From: an uncultured Planctomycetales bacterium
Lineage (GTDB): Bacteria; Omnitrophota; Gorgyraeia; Zapsychrales; Zapsychraceae
Direction of reading: 5' to 3'
Assembly (NCBI GenBank): GCA_964535935.1
Contig: CAZHWM010000004.1
Span: 47,569 to 111,568 of the forward strand
DNA: 64,000 nt
Shown here piece after piece: positions 10,922 to 20,326 of this stretch. The notes beneath the pieces were generated by a model, which saw only the letters and a list, made by a program, of their open reading frames with translations, was not told the DNA's origin and did not search any database. The position numbers were made by a program, and so were the translations under genes. Numbering within the stretch: position 1 is the first letter of the stretch; each line of letters starts with the position of its first letter.

Positions 10922-11729
10922 ATTCACAAAGATGGTTGGGGCAGGTAATGATTTTATTGTTGTGGATGCGCAGACAGGGATGAATTACAAACGTCTTGCC
11001 AAGCTGATATGTGATAGGAAAACAGGGATAGGCGCTGATGGTCTTCTGGTATGGGATAAGTCAAGGCGTGCTAATTATAAGATGCGTATAATTAATAGTG
11101 ATGGCTCTGAGGCAGAGATGTGTGGTAATGGCGTACGGTGTATGGCAATTTATATACTTCATGAAAAGCAATTTAAGAAGAGGGAATTCAGGGTTGAGAC
11201 AAAGGCTGGTATTATACATTGCCATACAGATGGAGCAAGTGCAGCGGTCCGTTTATCTGAACCGTTTGGTTTACAGGAAGACATCCCTTTGAAGATTAAT
11301 AGGAGAAAGATACGGGTAAATTATATTGATACAGGTGTGCCGCATGTGGTTATTTTTGTTGAAGACATAGATGGTATTGATGTGCCTAAAATCGGAAGGG
11401 TTATACGTATGCATAAAAGGTTCTGGCCTAAGGGCGTAAATGTAAATTTTTGCGAGCAGGTTGATAGAAAGACGATATCTGTGCGTACATATGAAAGGGG
11501 TGTTGAGGATGAGACATTGGCATGCGGAACAGGGAGTGCGGCATCTGCTATAATTACATATCTTAAGGCTAACCCAAAGGTTACTAACAAGACTAATGTA
11601 GGGATGAAAGTAAAGACATATAGTGGTGAGATTTTACGTATTAGTTTTGATTTGGTTGACAGGCGTGTTACTAATGTATGGCTCAAGGGAGCTGCAAAGT
11701 TTATTGCCAAGGGCCAGTATTATTGGTGA
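10908..11729 (+). CDS. dapF: Diaminopimelate epimerase
   Basis: 273 aa; two catalytic Cys regions (MCGNGVRC, ACGTGS); overlaps lysA by 14 nt. Confidence 0.85.
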   Translation: MKTVKFTKMVGAGNDFIVVDAQTGMNYKRLAKLICDRKTGIGADGLLVWDKSRRANYKMRIINSDGSEAEMCGNGVRCMAIYILHEKQFKKREFRVETKAGIIHCHTDGASAAVRLSEPFGLQEDIPLKINRRKIRVNYIDTGVPHVVIFVEDIDGIDVPKIGRVIRMHKRFWPKGVNVNFCEQVDRKTISVRTYERGVEDETLACGTGSAASAIITYLKANPKVTNKTNVGMKVKTYSGEILRISFDLVDRRVTNVWLKGAAKFIAKGQYYW

Positions 11730-11823
11730 AAAAATTTTAGGATTAACTGGTAATATTAGTTAAGTAACAACGATTACGGAATTATATAGTATAATAATAT
11801 AGCAAAAACAAGGAGAGGTAAAG

Positions 11824-12702
11824 ATGTTTAAAGGTTCTATAGTTGCATTGGTTACACCGTTTAAGAATAACCGTGTGGATGAGAAGAAGCTGTCAGAATT
11901 AGTTGAATTTCATATAAAAAAAGGGACTGATGGGATTCTACCTTGTGGGACAACAGGTGAGTCGCCTACATTGTCTCATGAAGAACATAAGCGCGTAGTT
12001 GAGGTGTGTATTGAGGCTGCAGCTGGCCGTATTCCCGTTATTGCAGGCACAGGGTCTAATTCTACAGCAGAGGCTATTGAGCTGACGAAGCATGCTGCTA
12101 AGGCAGGGGCTGATGCAGCCCTTGTTGTAACTCCTTATTATAATAAACCTACGCAGAAGGGGTTGTATTTACATTTTAAGGCGATTGCTGATGCAGTTGA
12201 TATCCCTATCATTCTTTATAATATCGCAGGCCGTACTGCAAGGAATATCGAGACCCCTACTGTTGCAAAATTAGCCTATGATTGCAAAAATATTATAGGA
12301 GTAAAAGAGGCTTCAGGTAGTCTTGATCAGATGCAGGCCGTTAAATTAGCATGTCCTAAAGATTTCCTTCTTATTTCTGGGGATGATGCATTAACACTTC
12401 CAATTTTAAGTGTAGGGGGGGTAGGGGTTATATCTGTTGTTGCGAATATAATTCCTTCTGATACTGCTAAGGTTATTAAGCTATTTGAGCAAGGAAATAT
12501 AAAAGAGGCTCGCAGGCTTCATTTTAAGATGTTACCTTTAATTAAGGCCATGTTTCTTGAAACAAATCCTATCCCTGTGAAGAAGGCAATGGATATTCTT
12601 GGTCTATGTTCATCTAAATTGAGGTTGCCACTCTGTGATATGAGTGGGGAGAATACAAAAAAATTAAAGACAGCATTGAGAGAATATGGGGTGTTGAAAT
12701 GA
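11824..12702 (+). CDS. dapA: 4-hydroxy-tetrahydrodipicolinate synthase
   Basis: 292 aa; GTTGE motif and YN…P region of the DapA/NAL family. Confidence 0.85.
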   Translation: MFKGSIVALVTPFKNNRVDEKKLSELVEFHIKKGTDGILPCGTTGESPTLSHEEHKRVVEVCIEAAAGRIPVIAGTGSNSTAEAIELTKHAAKAGADAALVVTPYYNKPTQKGLYLHFKAIADAVDIPIILYNIAGRTARNIETPTVAKLAYDCKNIIGVKEASGSLDQMQAVKLACPKDFLLISGDDALTLPILSVGGVGVISVVANIIPSDTAKVIKLFEQGNIKEARRLHFKMLPLIKAMFLETNPIPVKKAMDILGLCSSKLRLPLCDMSGENTKKLKTALREYGVLK

Positions 12703-12737
12703 TGGTTTAATTAACAAAGAGAGAAAGGATCTTGGTT

Positions 12738-13457
12738 ATGTTGAAGTTAGCAGTTACAGGTTGTTATGGTCGTATGGGGAAAAGAATTACCCATCTGGCC
12801 TTAGAAGATAGTGCTTTTAAGGTTGTTTGTCTTCTTGAACATGCGGATAGATGTAGGGAAACGGATAATGTGGCAGGTATTAGTGTTGGCAGTAATATTG
12901 ATGCTGTTAAGGATGCTGATGTTCTTATTGATTTCACAACACCTGAGGCTACTATGGAGAATGTTGCAAAATGTCTGGAGCATTCAGTAAAGATGGTCAT
13001 AGGGACAACAGGCCTTAACGTTGAACAACAGCAGAAGATAAAACAAGCATCAGAAAAGATAGCTATTGTATTTTCATCTAATATGTCTGTAGGCGTTAAT
13101 ATCCTTTTTAAACTAACACAGATAACAGCAGCTAAGACAGCAGGTGTATATAAGATTAGAATAGAAGAGGCGCATCATGTGCATAAAAAAGATGCTCCGT
13201 CAGGTACGGCAAAAACACTGGCAAATATTGCTGAAGAGGCATCTTCAAACAAGGTTGAGGATATTAAATCTATTCGTGAAGGTGAGATTATAGGTGATCA
13301 TACAATCACTTTTGAAAGCGATGAGGATATTATTATCCTTTCTCATCATGCAAAGACTAGGGATATTTTTGCAAAAGGTGCTTTGGTTGCAGCAAAATTT
13401 GTGTTTGAGAAGGATAATGGCCTATACAATATGCAAGATGTATTAGGTTTAAATTAA
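12738..13457 (+). CDS. dapB: 4-hydroxy-tetrahydrodipicolinate reductase
   Basis: GCYGRMG NAD(P)-binding motif and HHxxKxDAPSGTA motif; the listed ORF starts at TTG 12732; ATG at 12738 follows GAGAAAGGA. Confidence 0.85.
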   Translation: MLKLAVTGCYGRMGKRITHLALEDSAFKVVCLLEHADRCRETDNVAGISVGSNIDAVKDADVLIDFTTPEATMENVAKCLEHSVKMVIGTTGLNVEQQQKIKQASEKIAIVFSSNMSVGVNILFKLTQITAAKTAGVYKIRIEEAHHVHKKDAPSGTAKTLANIAEEASSNKVEDIKSIREGEIIGDHTITFESDEDIIILSHHAKTRDIFAKGALVAAKFVFEKDNGLYNMQDVLGLN

Positions 13458-13518
13458 GCTATATTTTAGATGTAGCTTTTGTATGGATATTTTGGTAGAA
13501 GAAAAGGAGATATTATCT

Positions 13519-14685
13519 ATGTCTTTTGAGATTGAATTTTCCGATAGATTAAAAGAATTACCACCCTATTTGTTTGTTGAGATAGATAAGGCTAAGAGGA
13601 AGGCATTAAGTGAGGGACGTGATGTAATAGATCTTGGCATAGGTGATCCGGATTATCCTACACATCCTCATATTGTAGAAGCATTGAAGAAGGCTGCAGA
13701 AGATGGGGACAACCATCATTATGCATTGGATAGCGGTATGCCAGAACTAAGGCAGGAGATTGCCTCTTGGTTTAAGAAGAGATTTTCTGTTGAGATGTCT
13801 CCGGATACTGAGATATATCCACTCATAGGATCTAAGGAGGGGTTGGCTCATCTGCCTTTGGGGATTATTAATCCAAAAGATAAAGTGCTTATAACAGATC
13901 CCGGATACCCTGCCTATCAATCATCTATTATCTTTGCAGGAGGCAAGATTACTTACATTCCTTTAAAGGCAGGCAATGATTTCCTTCCTAATCTCTCGCA
14001 GGTAGAAAAGATTAATGGTGTAAAGATGATGATAATTAATTACCCTAATAATCCAACAGCTGCGGTTGCAAATAAAAAGTTTTATGAAGACTTGGTTAAT
14101 TTGGCGAAAGATAAAGGCTTTATTATTGTTTCAGATATGGCCTACTCTGAGGTATATTTTGATGACGAAAAACCTATGAGTGTATTTGAGGTAGATGGGG
14201 CAAAGGATGTTGCGATAGAATTTCATTCTTTCTCAAAGACTTATTATATGACTGGCTGGCGTATTGGATGGGCAGTAGGAAATGGAAAGTTGATAGCCAC
14301 GCTTGCTAAGGTCAAGTCTAATTTTGACTCAGGCATATTTCAGGCAATACAGATCGCAGGTATTGCTGCTCTTAGAAGTGATGATGAGATAACAGAGGAT
14401 ATGCGGACACTTTATCAGGAGCGTAGAGATTATTTGATAAATGGATTAAGAAGTTTAGGATGGAAAATACCCGCACCAAAGGCAACGTTTTATGTATGGG
14501 CAAAGATACCTAAGGGGTTTTCTTCTTCTATGGAGACTGCTAAGACATTTTTAGAAAAGGCAGATATTATTGTTACTCCCGGTAATGGTTTTGGCAAGGA
14601 AGGCGAAGGGTATGTTCGTATGGCATTGACTGTTTCTAAGGACAGGATTAATGAGGCAGTAGATAGGTTAAGAAAGGTATTATAG
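13519..14685 (+). CDS. dapL: LL-diaminopimelate aminotransferase (DapL-type class I aminotransferase)
   Basis: N-terminal FSDRLKELPPYLF…IDLGIGDPD pattern of the DapL family; lies with the dap genes; the start could be 13483, but the ATG at 13519 has an AAGGAG RBS. Confidence 0.7.
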   Translation: MSFEIEFSDRLKELPPYLFVEIDKAKRKALSEGRDVIDLGIGDPDYPTHPHIVEALKKAAEDGDNHHYALDSGMPELRQEIASWFKKRFSVEMSPDTEIYPLIGSKEGLAHLPLGIINPKDKVLITDPGYPAYQSSIIFAGGKITYIPLKAGNDFLPNLSQVEKINGVKMMIINYPNNPTAAVANKKFYEDLVNLAKDKGFIIVSDMAYSEVYFDDEKPMSVFEVDGAKDVAIEFHSFSKTYYMTGWRIGWAVGNGKLIATLAKVKSNFDSGIFQAIQIAGIAALRSDDEITEDMRTLYQERRDYLINGLRSLGWKIPAPKATFYVWAKIPKGFSSSMETAKTFLEKADIIVTPGNGFGKEGEGYVRMALTVSKDRINEAVDRLRKVL

Positions 14686-14721
14686 TAATAGGTGAATTTT
14701 TTATTTAAAGATTTTTAGTCT

Positions 14722-15153
14722 ATGCCTATAGCGTATCTTGGTTTGGGCTCTAATGTTGGTCGACGTAAAAAGAATATCCTTATGGCGATTTCTCTTTTAA
14801 ATAGAAGAGGGATAAAGGTGTTGAATTGTTCTTCTATTATAGAGACTGAACCAATAGGAGGGCCTCTTCTGCAAAGAAAATATCTTAATGCTGTTATTAG
14901 GGTGAAGACTGTCTTATCCCCGTTGGGTTTATTGGAAGCTATAAAACATATAGAACATTTTCTTGGTCGTGTAAGAACAATAAAAAATGGACCTAGGACT
15001 ATTGATATAGATATTCTTCTTTATGGTCATACAGTTATGCATACTCCTGAGTTGACCATTCCTCATCCCCGTATGTTTAGCCGTGATTTTGTAATGGCAC
15101 CGCTTATGGAGATATATCCTGAGGTAAAAGGAATGTTTTATGCGTATAATTAG
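14722..15153 (+). CDS. folK: 2-amino-4-hydroxy-6-hydroxymethyldihydropteridine pyrophosphokinase (HPPK)
   Basis: 143 aa; AYLGLGSN…, IDIDILLYG, HPR motifs. Confidence 0.85.
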   Translation: MPIAYLGLGSNVGRRKKNILMAISLLNRRGIKVLNCSSIIETEPIGGPLLQRKYLNAVIRVKTVLSPLGLLEAIKHIEHFLGRVRTIKNGPRTIDIDILLYGHTVMHTPELTIPHPRMFSRDFVMAPLMEIYPEVKGMFYAYN

Positions 15154-15985
15154 AAAAATAAAGACCATTCAATCGTTAGTGAAAAAATTAAGACAACAAA
15201 ATAAAAAGATTGGTTTTGTCCCTACCATGGGGGCGTTACATGAAGGTCATTTATCTCTTATACGTCGTTGCCGACGAGAGAATGATATAGTAGTCTTAAG
15301 TATATATGTTAATCCCACTCAGTTCGCTCCGGGGGAGGATTTTGATAGATATCCAAGGCAAGAAAAAAAAGATAAATTATTGTCGAGGAAGGAAAAAGTT
15401 GATATAATATTTTATCCGACGGATAAAGAAATGTATCCCGACGGTTATCTTACTTATGTAGAGGTGAAGAAGATAACAGAATGTTTATGCGGGCTATCAA
15501 GACCAGGACATTTTAGAGGAGTTACGACAGTTGTTTCCAAACTCCTTAATATTGTTTTGCCTGATGTATTATATTTGGGACAGAAGGATGCTCAGCAGGC
15601 CGTAGTATTAACTCGAATGGTCCAGGATTTAAATTTTCCTGTTAAGGTAAAGATATGCCCTACTGTGAGAGAACCTGATGGTTTGGCAATGAGTTCACGT
15701 AATAGTTATCTTGATCCTATTCAGAGACAAGAGGCTGTTGCACTATATGCTTCATTGAGACAAGCAAAAAGAAAAGTAGAAAACGGGAGTAGAAATGCAT
15801 CAGATATAGTAAGTTTTATTGAATCGTATATTAGAGAGAATACGTCAGCTGATATTGATTATATAGAATGTGTTAATGTAGATAGTTTAGAAAGATTGGA
15901 TGTCGTTTCCGGCAAGGTAATGATAGCATTGGCTGTCAAATTTGGGAATACACGGCTTATTGATAATATTATATTTAAGGTATAG
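15140..15985 (+). CDS. panC: Pantoate--beta-alanine ligase
   Basis: PTMGALHEGH HIGH-type motif; 281 aa. Confidence 0.9.
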   Translation: MRIIRKIKTIQSLVKKLRQQNKKIGFVPTMGALHEGHLSLIRRCRRENDIVVLSIYVNPTQFAPGEDFDRYPRQEKKDKLLSRKEKVDIIFYPTDKEMYPDGYLTYVEVKKITECLCGLSRPGHFRGVTTVVSKLLNIVLPDVLYLGQKDAQQAVVLTRMVQDLNFPVKVKICPTVREPDGLAMSSRNSYLDPIQRQEAVALYASLRQAKRKVENGSRNASDIVSFIESYIRENTSADIDYIECVNVDSLERLDVVSGKVMIALAVKFGNTRLIDNIIFKV

Positions 15986-15994
15986 AAGGTTAAT

Positions 15995-16816
15995 ATGCGC
16001 AGTAAAAGGATTAATATAGGTATTATTGGATGTGGTGCAATAGGTTCTCGTATTGCCGAAAGTGTTAAAAAGGATATGACTCGGCAGGCTAAGGTTAGTG
16101 CCTTGTATGATGTGGATGAACAGAGAGCAATGGCCCTTGCGCGTAAGTTGTCTATCAAGGGAGTGGTAAAGAGTTCGTTGCAAGAGGTGGTTGATAATTG
16201 TGATTTAATGGTTGAGGCCGTAAGTGCAGCTAATACACGTAGCATAATTCGAACAGCCCTTCTTGCCAAGAAAAATGTTCTTGCCATGAGTGTCGGAAGG
16301 TTATTGAATTCCCAATCTTTGTTTGATTTAGCAAAAAGGCAGGGATGTTCCATCCTTTTACCTTCAGGCGCGATATGCGGTATAGATGCAATAAAGGCTG
16401 CTGCTATTGTGGGAATTGATTCAATTACTATTACTACACGCAAACCACCAGCAGGGCTTGCAGGTAATCCTTATTTTGAAAGTAAGGGTATAAGGTTATC
16501 TAAAATAAAAAAAGAAACATTGGTCTTTGAGGGCAGTGTAGATGAGGCAGTAAAGTATTTCCCTAGAAATATTAATGTTGCTGCTACATTGGCCTTGGCC
16601 TCTGGTGTAAAAGACAAGATTATAGTTAGGATTTTGACCTCACCTAAATATGTTTCTAATACTCATGAGATTGAGGTGAAGGGCAGTTTTGGCCGAATAT
16701 GGACACGTACCGATAATGTAGTGTGCCCAGATAATCCAAAGACTAGTTATTTAGCGGTGTTGTCTGGGATGCAGACTTTAAGGCAGTTTTGTTCTGGGAT
16801 TGTAATAGGTACGTGA
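15995..16816 (+). CDS. L-aspartate dehydrogenase-like (NadX family) oxidoreductase
   Basis: 273 aa with N-terminal IGIIGCGAIG Rossmann motif and the length and architecture of the aspartate dehydrogenase family. Confidence 0.55.
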   Translation: MRSKRINIGIIGCGAIGSRIAESVKKDMTRQAKVSALYDVDEQRAMALARKLSIKGVVKSSLQEVVDNCDLMVEAVSAANTRSIIRTALLAKKNVLAMSVGRLLNSQSLFDLAKRQGCSILLPSGAICGIDAIKAAAIVGIDSITITTRKPPAGLAGNPYFESKGIRLSKIKKETLVFEGSVDEAVKYFPRNINVAATLALASGVKDKIIVRILTSPKYVSNTHEIEVKGSFGRIWTRTDNVVCPDNPKTSYLAVLSGMQTLRQFCSGIVIGT

Positions 16817-16926
16817 TTTTATAGATTTGCGGGAGGAGGATCCTGCCCTTCTAAAAGGGGATCTAAAAAAATTTGGAACAATATTGTTATTTTTAGGATA
16901 TGGCTGTAAAGATAACCTGAAAGGAG

Positions 16927-17385
16927 GTGTTAGGCATGGCCAAAAAAGTAGCTAAGGTAGGCATAAAAAAAGAACCGGGGTATTTGTATTTTGTTGATAA
17001 GGATGGTGATGTATCATGTGCGGTAATGGCTCGTGGGACTAAGAAAGGCGGCAAGCCGAAGAAGGTTGCAAAGGTAGGAATAACAAAAGAGGCAGGGTAT
17101 TTGTATTTTATTGATAAGAATGGAGATATATCATGTGCCAAGATGGTACGAGGTGGGAAGAAAAAGAAGACGGCTGCTAAGAAAACAGCTGCTAAGAAAA
17201 AGACAACCGCTGCAACTAAAAAGACTGCTGTTAAGAAGACAGTAAAAAAGGCCACAGTAAAGAAGACTGCTGCTAAGAAGACAGTAAAAAAGGCCATAGT
17301 AAAGAAGACTGTTGCAAAAAAGAAGGCTTCAGCTAAGAAGGTCTCTACAAAGAAGAAGGTAACCAAAAAGGCTAGAAAGAGATAG
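16927..17385 (+). CDS. Histone H1-like / AlgP-like lysine-alanine-rich DNA-binding protein with a duplicated N-terminal module
   Basis: C-terminal half is AKKT/AAKK low-complexity repeats; the N-terminus is two copies of a ~39-aa module (KVAKVGIxKExGYLYFxDKxGDxSCAxMxRG); RBS GGAGG. Confidence 0.7.
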   Translation: MLGMAKKVAKVGIKKEPGYLYFVDKDGDVSCAVMARGTKKGGKPKKVAKVGITKEAGYLYFIDKNGDISCAKMVRGGKKKKTAAKKTAAKKKTTAATKKTAVKKTVKKATVKKTAAKKTVKKAIVKKTVAKKKASAKKVSTKKKVTKKARKR

Positions 17386-17416
17386 TAAATAATTTTTTTA
17401 TAGAGGTTTTGTTTAT

Positions 17417-17492
17417 AAAGCCACAAGGAGGTCAGGATCGGTTACTCGATCGTTGTTGTGTTTTGACATCCTTGTGGCTTTCTGGTTTTTTT
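17417..17492 (+). terminator. Rho-independent terminator (13-bp stem, structured loop, U-run)
   Basis: AAAGCCACAAGGA…TCCTTGTGGCTTT followed by CTGGTTTTTTTG, immediately downstream of the H1-like gene. Confidence 0.6.
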
Positions 17493-17523
17493 GTAACTAT
17501 CTATATAATAACATGTTAGGGCA

Positions 17524-20313
17524 ATGAAATCTGATTATATTGTTATCCGTTCAGCAAAAGAACATAATCTTAAAGGGATTGATCTTAAGATACCAAGGAA
17601 TAAATTTGTTGTTATCACTGGATTGAGTGGTTCAGGAAAGTCTTCTTTAGCTTTTGATACTATTTATGCTGAAGGACAGCGTAGATATGTGGAAAGTTTG
17701 TCTGCATATGCAAGACAGTTTTTAGAACAGTTGCGCAAACCTGATGTAGAAGCTATTGAAGGGTTATCTCCTACTATTTCTATTGAGCAGAAGACTACTA
17801 GCCGTAATCCCCGTTCTACAGTAGCCACACAGACTGAGATATATGATCATCTGCGTCTATTTTATGCAAGGGTTGGGGAACCTTTTTGTTATAAGTGTGG
17901 TAAGAAGATAGAACGGCAGTCTGCACAGGAGATAGTTGAACAAATATTACACGCTAAAGAAGGTGAGCGTGTAATGATATTGACACCTATTATTCGTGGG
18001 AAAAAAGGGGAGTATAAGGATATTTCAAAGAAGATAGCTCGGGCAGGATTTTCACGGTTCAGGGCAGATGGCAAGATTTATTCAGTTGGCGAGAGTATCA
18101 GTCTGGATAGGTACAAGGTTCATCATATAGAGGCAGTGGTAGATCGTATTACAATTAAACCCTCAATAAAAAAAAGATTAACAGATTCTGTAGAAACTGC
18201 CTTGCAGATGTCATCAGGTATTGTTATAGTTTACTATGAGACTGAGCAGATGGATAGAATTTTTAGCGAGAGGTATGCGTGTATCGATTGTGGTATTAAT
18301 ATAGCGGAGATGTCACCGCGTATGTTTTCGTTTAATTCTCCTTATGGAGCATGTGAACATTGTAATGGTTTGGGGACAAGGATGGAAATAGATCCTGAAT
18401 TGCTTGTTCCGGATGAGAATAAACCATGGATAAATGCTATAGCTCCTTCCAAAAGAGGTAGGCGAGCTTATCTTATGTATTACCGTTCTGTTATGAGACA
18501 GTTGGCATCAATTTATGGAGTGGATACACATATACCGTTTCATAGTCTTAACAATAAGTTTAAAAAGCTACTTTTTTACGGCTCTAACGATGTTATATGG
18601 GGGAAGGTTTATGAAGGCGTTGTTAATTATCTTGAACGGATGTTTAGGACAACGGATAGTGATTGGCTTAAGGATGAATTATCAAAGTATATGTCTGTGC
18701 TTTCATGCCCAGTATGTAATGGAGCTAGGTTAAAGAAAGAGGTATTGGCGGTTAGGATAGCAGGGGTTAATATAGCAGAAGTAACAGGTTTTTCTATAAA
18801 GAAGGCAAGGGAATTTTTTTCTAAGTTAAAATTCCCTAAAGAGAAAGAGATAATCAGTCAGCCCATTTTAAAGGAGATATGCAGGCGGCTTGACTTTTGT
18901 ATTAATGTAGGGCTTGGTTATTTAACCCTAGATAGAAGAAGTTCCTCTCTGTCTGGAGGTGAGGCTGAGCGTATACGTTTAGCCACTCAGGTTGGTTCCG
19001 GGTTAGTAGGAGTTATTTATATACTGGATGAGCCAAGCATAGGTTTACATCAGAGAGATAACGAACGACTTTTAAAAACTCTTCATTCATTACGAGATAT
19101 TGGTAATACCCTTATTGTAGTGGAACATGATGAGGCAACCATAAGAAGTAGTGATTATGTTATTGATTTAGGCCCTGGTGCAGGAGAGTATGGAGGAGAG
19201 GTAATATATGCAGGCAAAGTTTCTGGTTTATTAAAGAGCAATCGTTCTTTTACAGGAAGATATTTAAGTGGTCAGTTACATATTCATACCCCTACTCAAC
19301 GTAGGGAAATCAAGAATTGTAAATATTTGAAAATTATAGGGGCAAGAGAGAATAATCTTAAAGATATAGATGTGGCTATTCCGCTAGGAAGGTTTGTGTG
19401 TGTCACAGGTGTCTCAGGGTCAGGAAAATCTACTCTTGTTGAGGAAATACTTTATAAGGGATTGGTCCAACGACTTCATAATTCTAGGCAAAAGCCGGGG
19501 TTGCATAAAAAAATATTGGGTATAGAATATATTGATAAAGTAATAGAGGTTGATCAATCTCCAATAGGCCGTACACCAAGATCTAATCCTGCTACCTATA
19601 CAGGAGTATTTAGTCATATTAGGCAGCTTTTTAGCCAGCTGCCAGAATCAAAGATGCGAGGGTATAAGCCAGGACGGTTTAGTTTTAATGTTAAGGGAGG
19701 TCGTTGTGAGGCATGTAAGGGGGACGGAATATTAAAGATAGAGATGCATTTCCTCCCGGATGTATATGTTGAATGTGAGGTTTGTGGTGGCAAAAGATTT
19801 TCTGAGCAGACATTAAGTATTGAATTCAAAGGCAAAAACATAGCAGATATTCTTGATTCTTCTGTTGGAGAATGTATGAAAATTTTCGATAATATACCTC
19901 CTATAATGAGAATCTTAGCCACTTTGTATGATGTGGGGTTGGGGTATATAAAATTAGGTCAACCAGCCCCCACCTTGTCGGGCGGAGAGGCACAGCGAGT
20001 TAAACTTGCGAGTGAATTATGCAGGCAGTCTACGGGAAAGACATTTTATATCTTAGATGAACCAACAACGGGGCTGCATTTTGCAGATGTAGATAAACTC
20101 CTTTCTATATTGCATAGATTAGTTGATAAGGGTAATACAGTACTTGTTATAGAACATAATATGGATGTAATTAAAAGTGCTGATTATATTATTGATCTTG
20201 GACCAGAGGGCGGAGATAGTGGAGGGGAGGTTGTTTTTGCTGGAACACCAGAGGATTTAGTTAATCATAAGCAGTCATATACAGGAGAATATCTTTCAAG
20301 AATATTAAGCTAA
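17524..20313 (+). CDS. uvrA: Excinuclease ABC subunit A
   Basis: 929 aa; two ABC ATPase modules (GLSGSGKSSL, GVSGSGKSTL), zinc-finger Cys clusters, LSGGE signatures. Confidence 0.95.
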   Translation: MKSDYIVIRSAKEHNLKGIDLKIPRNKFVVITGLSGSGKSSLAFDTIYAEGQRRYVESLSAYARQFLEQLRKPDVEAIEGLSPTISIEQKTTSRNPRSTVATQTEIYDHLRLFYARVGEPFCYKCGKKIERQSAQEIVEQILHAKEGERVMILTPIIRGKKGEYKDISKKIARAGFSRFRADGKIYSVGESISLDRYKVHHIEAVVDRITIKPSIKKRLTDSVETALQMSSGIVIVYYETEQMDRIFSERYACIDCGINIAEMSPRMFSFNSPYGACEHCNGLGTRMEIDPELLVPDENKPWINAIAPSKRGRRAYLMYYRSVMRQLASIYGVDTHIPFHSLNNKFKKLLFYGSNDVIWGKVYEGVVNYLERMFRTTDSDWLKDELSKYMSVLSCPVCNGARLKKEVLAVRIAGVNIAEVTGFSIKKAREFFSKLKFPKEKEIISQPILKEICRRLDFCINVGLGYLTLDRRSSSLSGGEAERIRLATQVGSGLVGVIYILDEPSIGLHQRDNERLLKTLHSLRDIGNTLIVVEHDEATIRSSDYVIDLGPGAGEYGGEVIYAGKVSGLLKSNRSFTGRYLSGQLHIHTPTQRREIKNCKYLKIIGARENNLKDIDVAIPLGRFVCVTGVSGSGKSTLVEEILYKGLVQRLHNSRQKPGLHKKILGIEYIDKVIEVDQSPIGRTPRSNPATYTGVFSHIRQLFSQLPESKMRGYKPGRFSFNVKGGRCEACKGDGILKIEMHFLPDVYVECEVCGGKRFSEQTLSIEFKGKNIADILDSSVGECMKIFDNIPPIMRILATLYDVGLGYIKLGQPAPTLSGGEAQRVKLASELCRQSTGKTFYILDEPTTGLHFADVDKLLSILHRLVDKGNTVLVIEHNMDVIKSADYIIDLGPEGGDSGGEVVFAGTPEDLVNHKQSYTGEYLSRILS

Positions 20314-20326
20314 GAGTTCAATAGAG

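Noticed and set aside
17160-17380. Short direct repeats (GCTAAGAAGACAGTAAAAAAGGCCA…) that could look like a CRISPR or tandem-repeat locus
   Set aside because: They are in-frame coding repeats of the H1-like lysine-rich tail. There are no uniform spacers and no cas genes.
16893-17426. 177-aa minus-strand ORF (F/A/V-rich repeats) opposite the H1-like gene
   Set aside because: Antisense shadow of the lysine/alanine repeat codons (AAG/GCT read as CTT/AGC). The plus-strand gene has the RBS and terminator.
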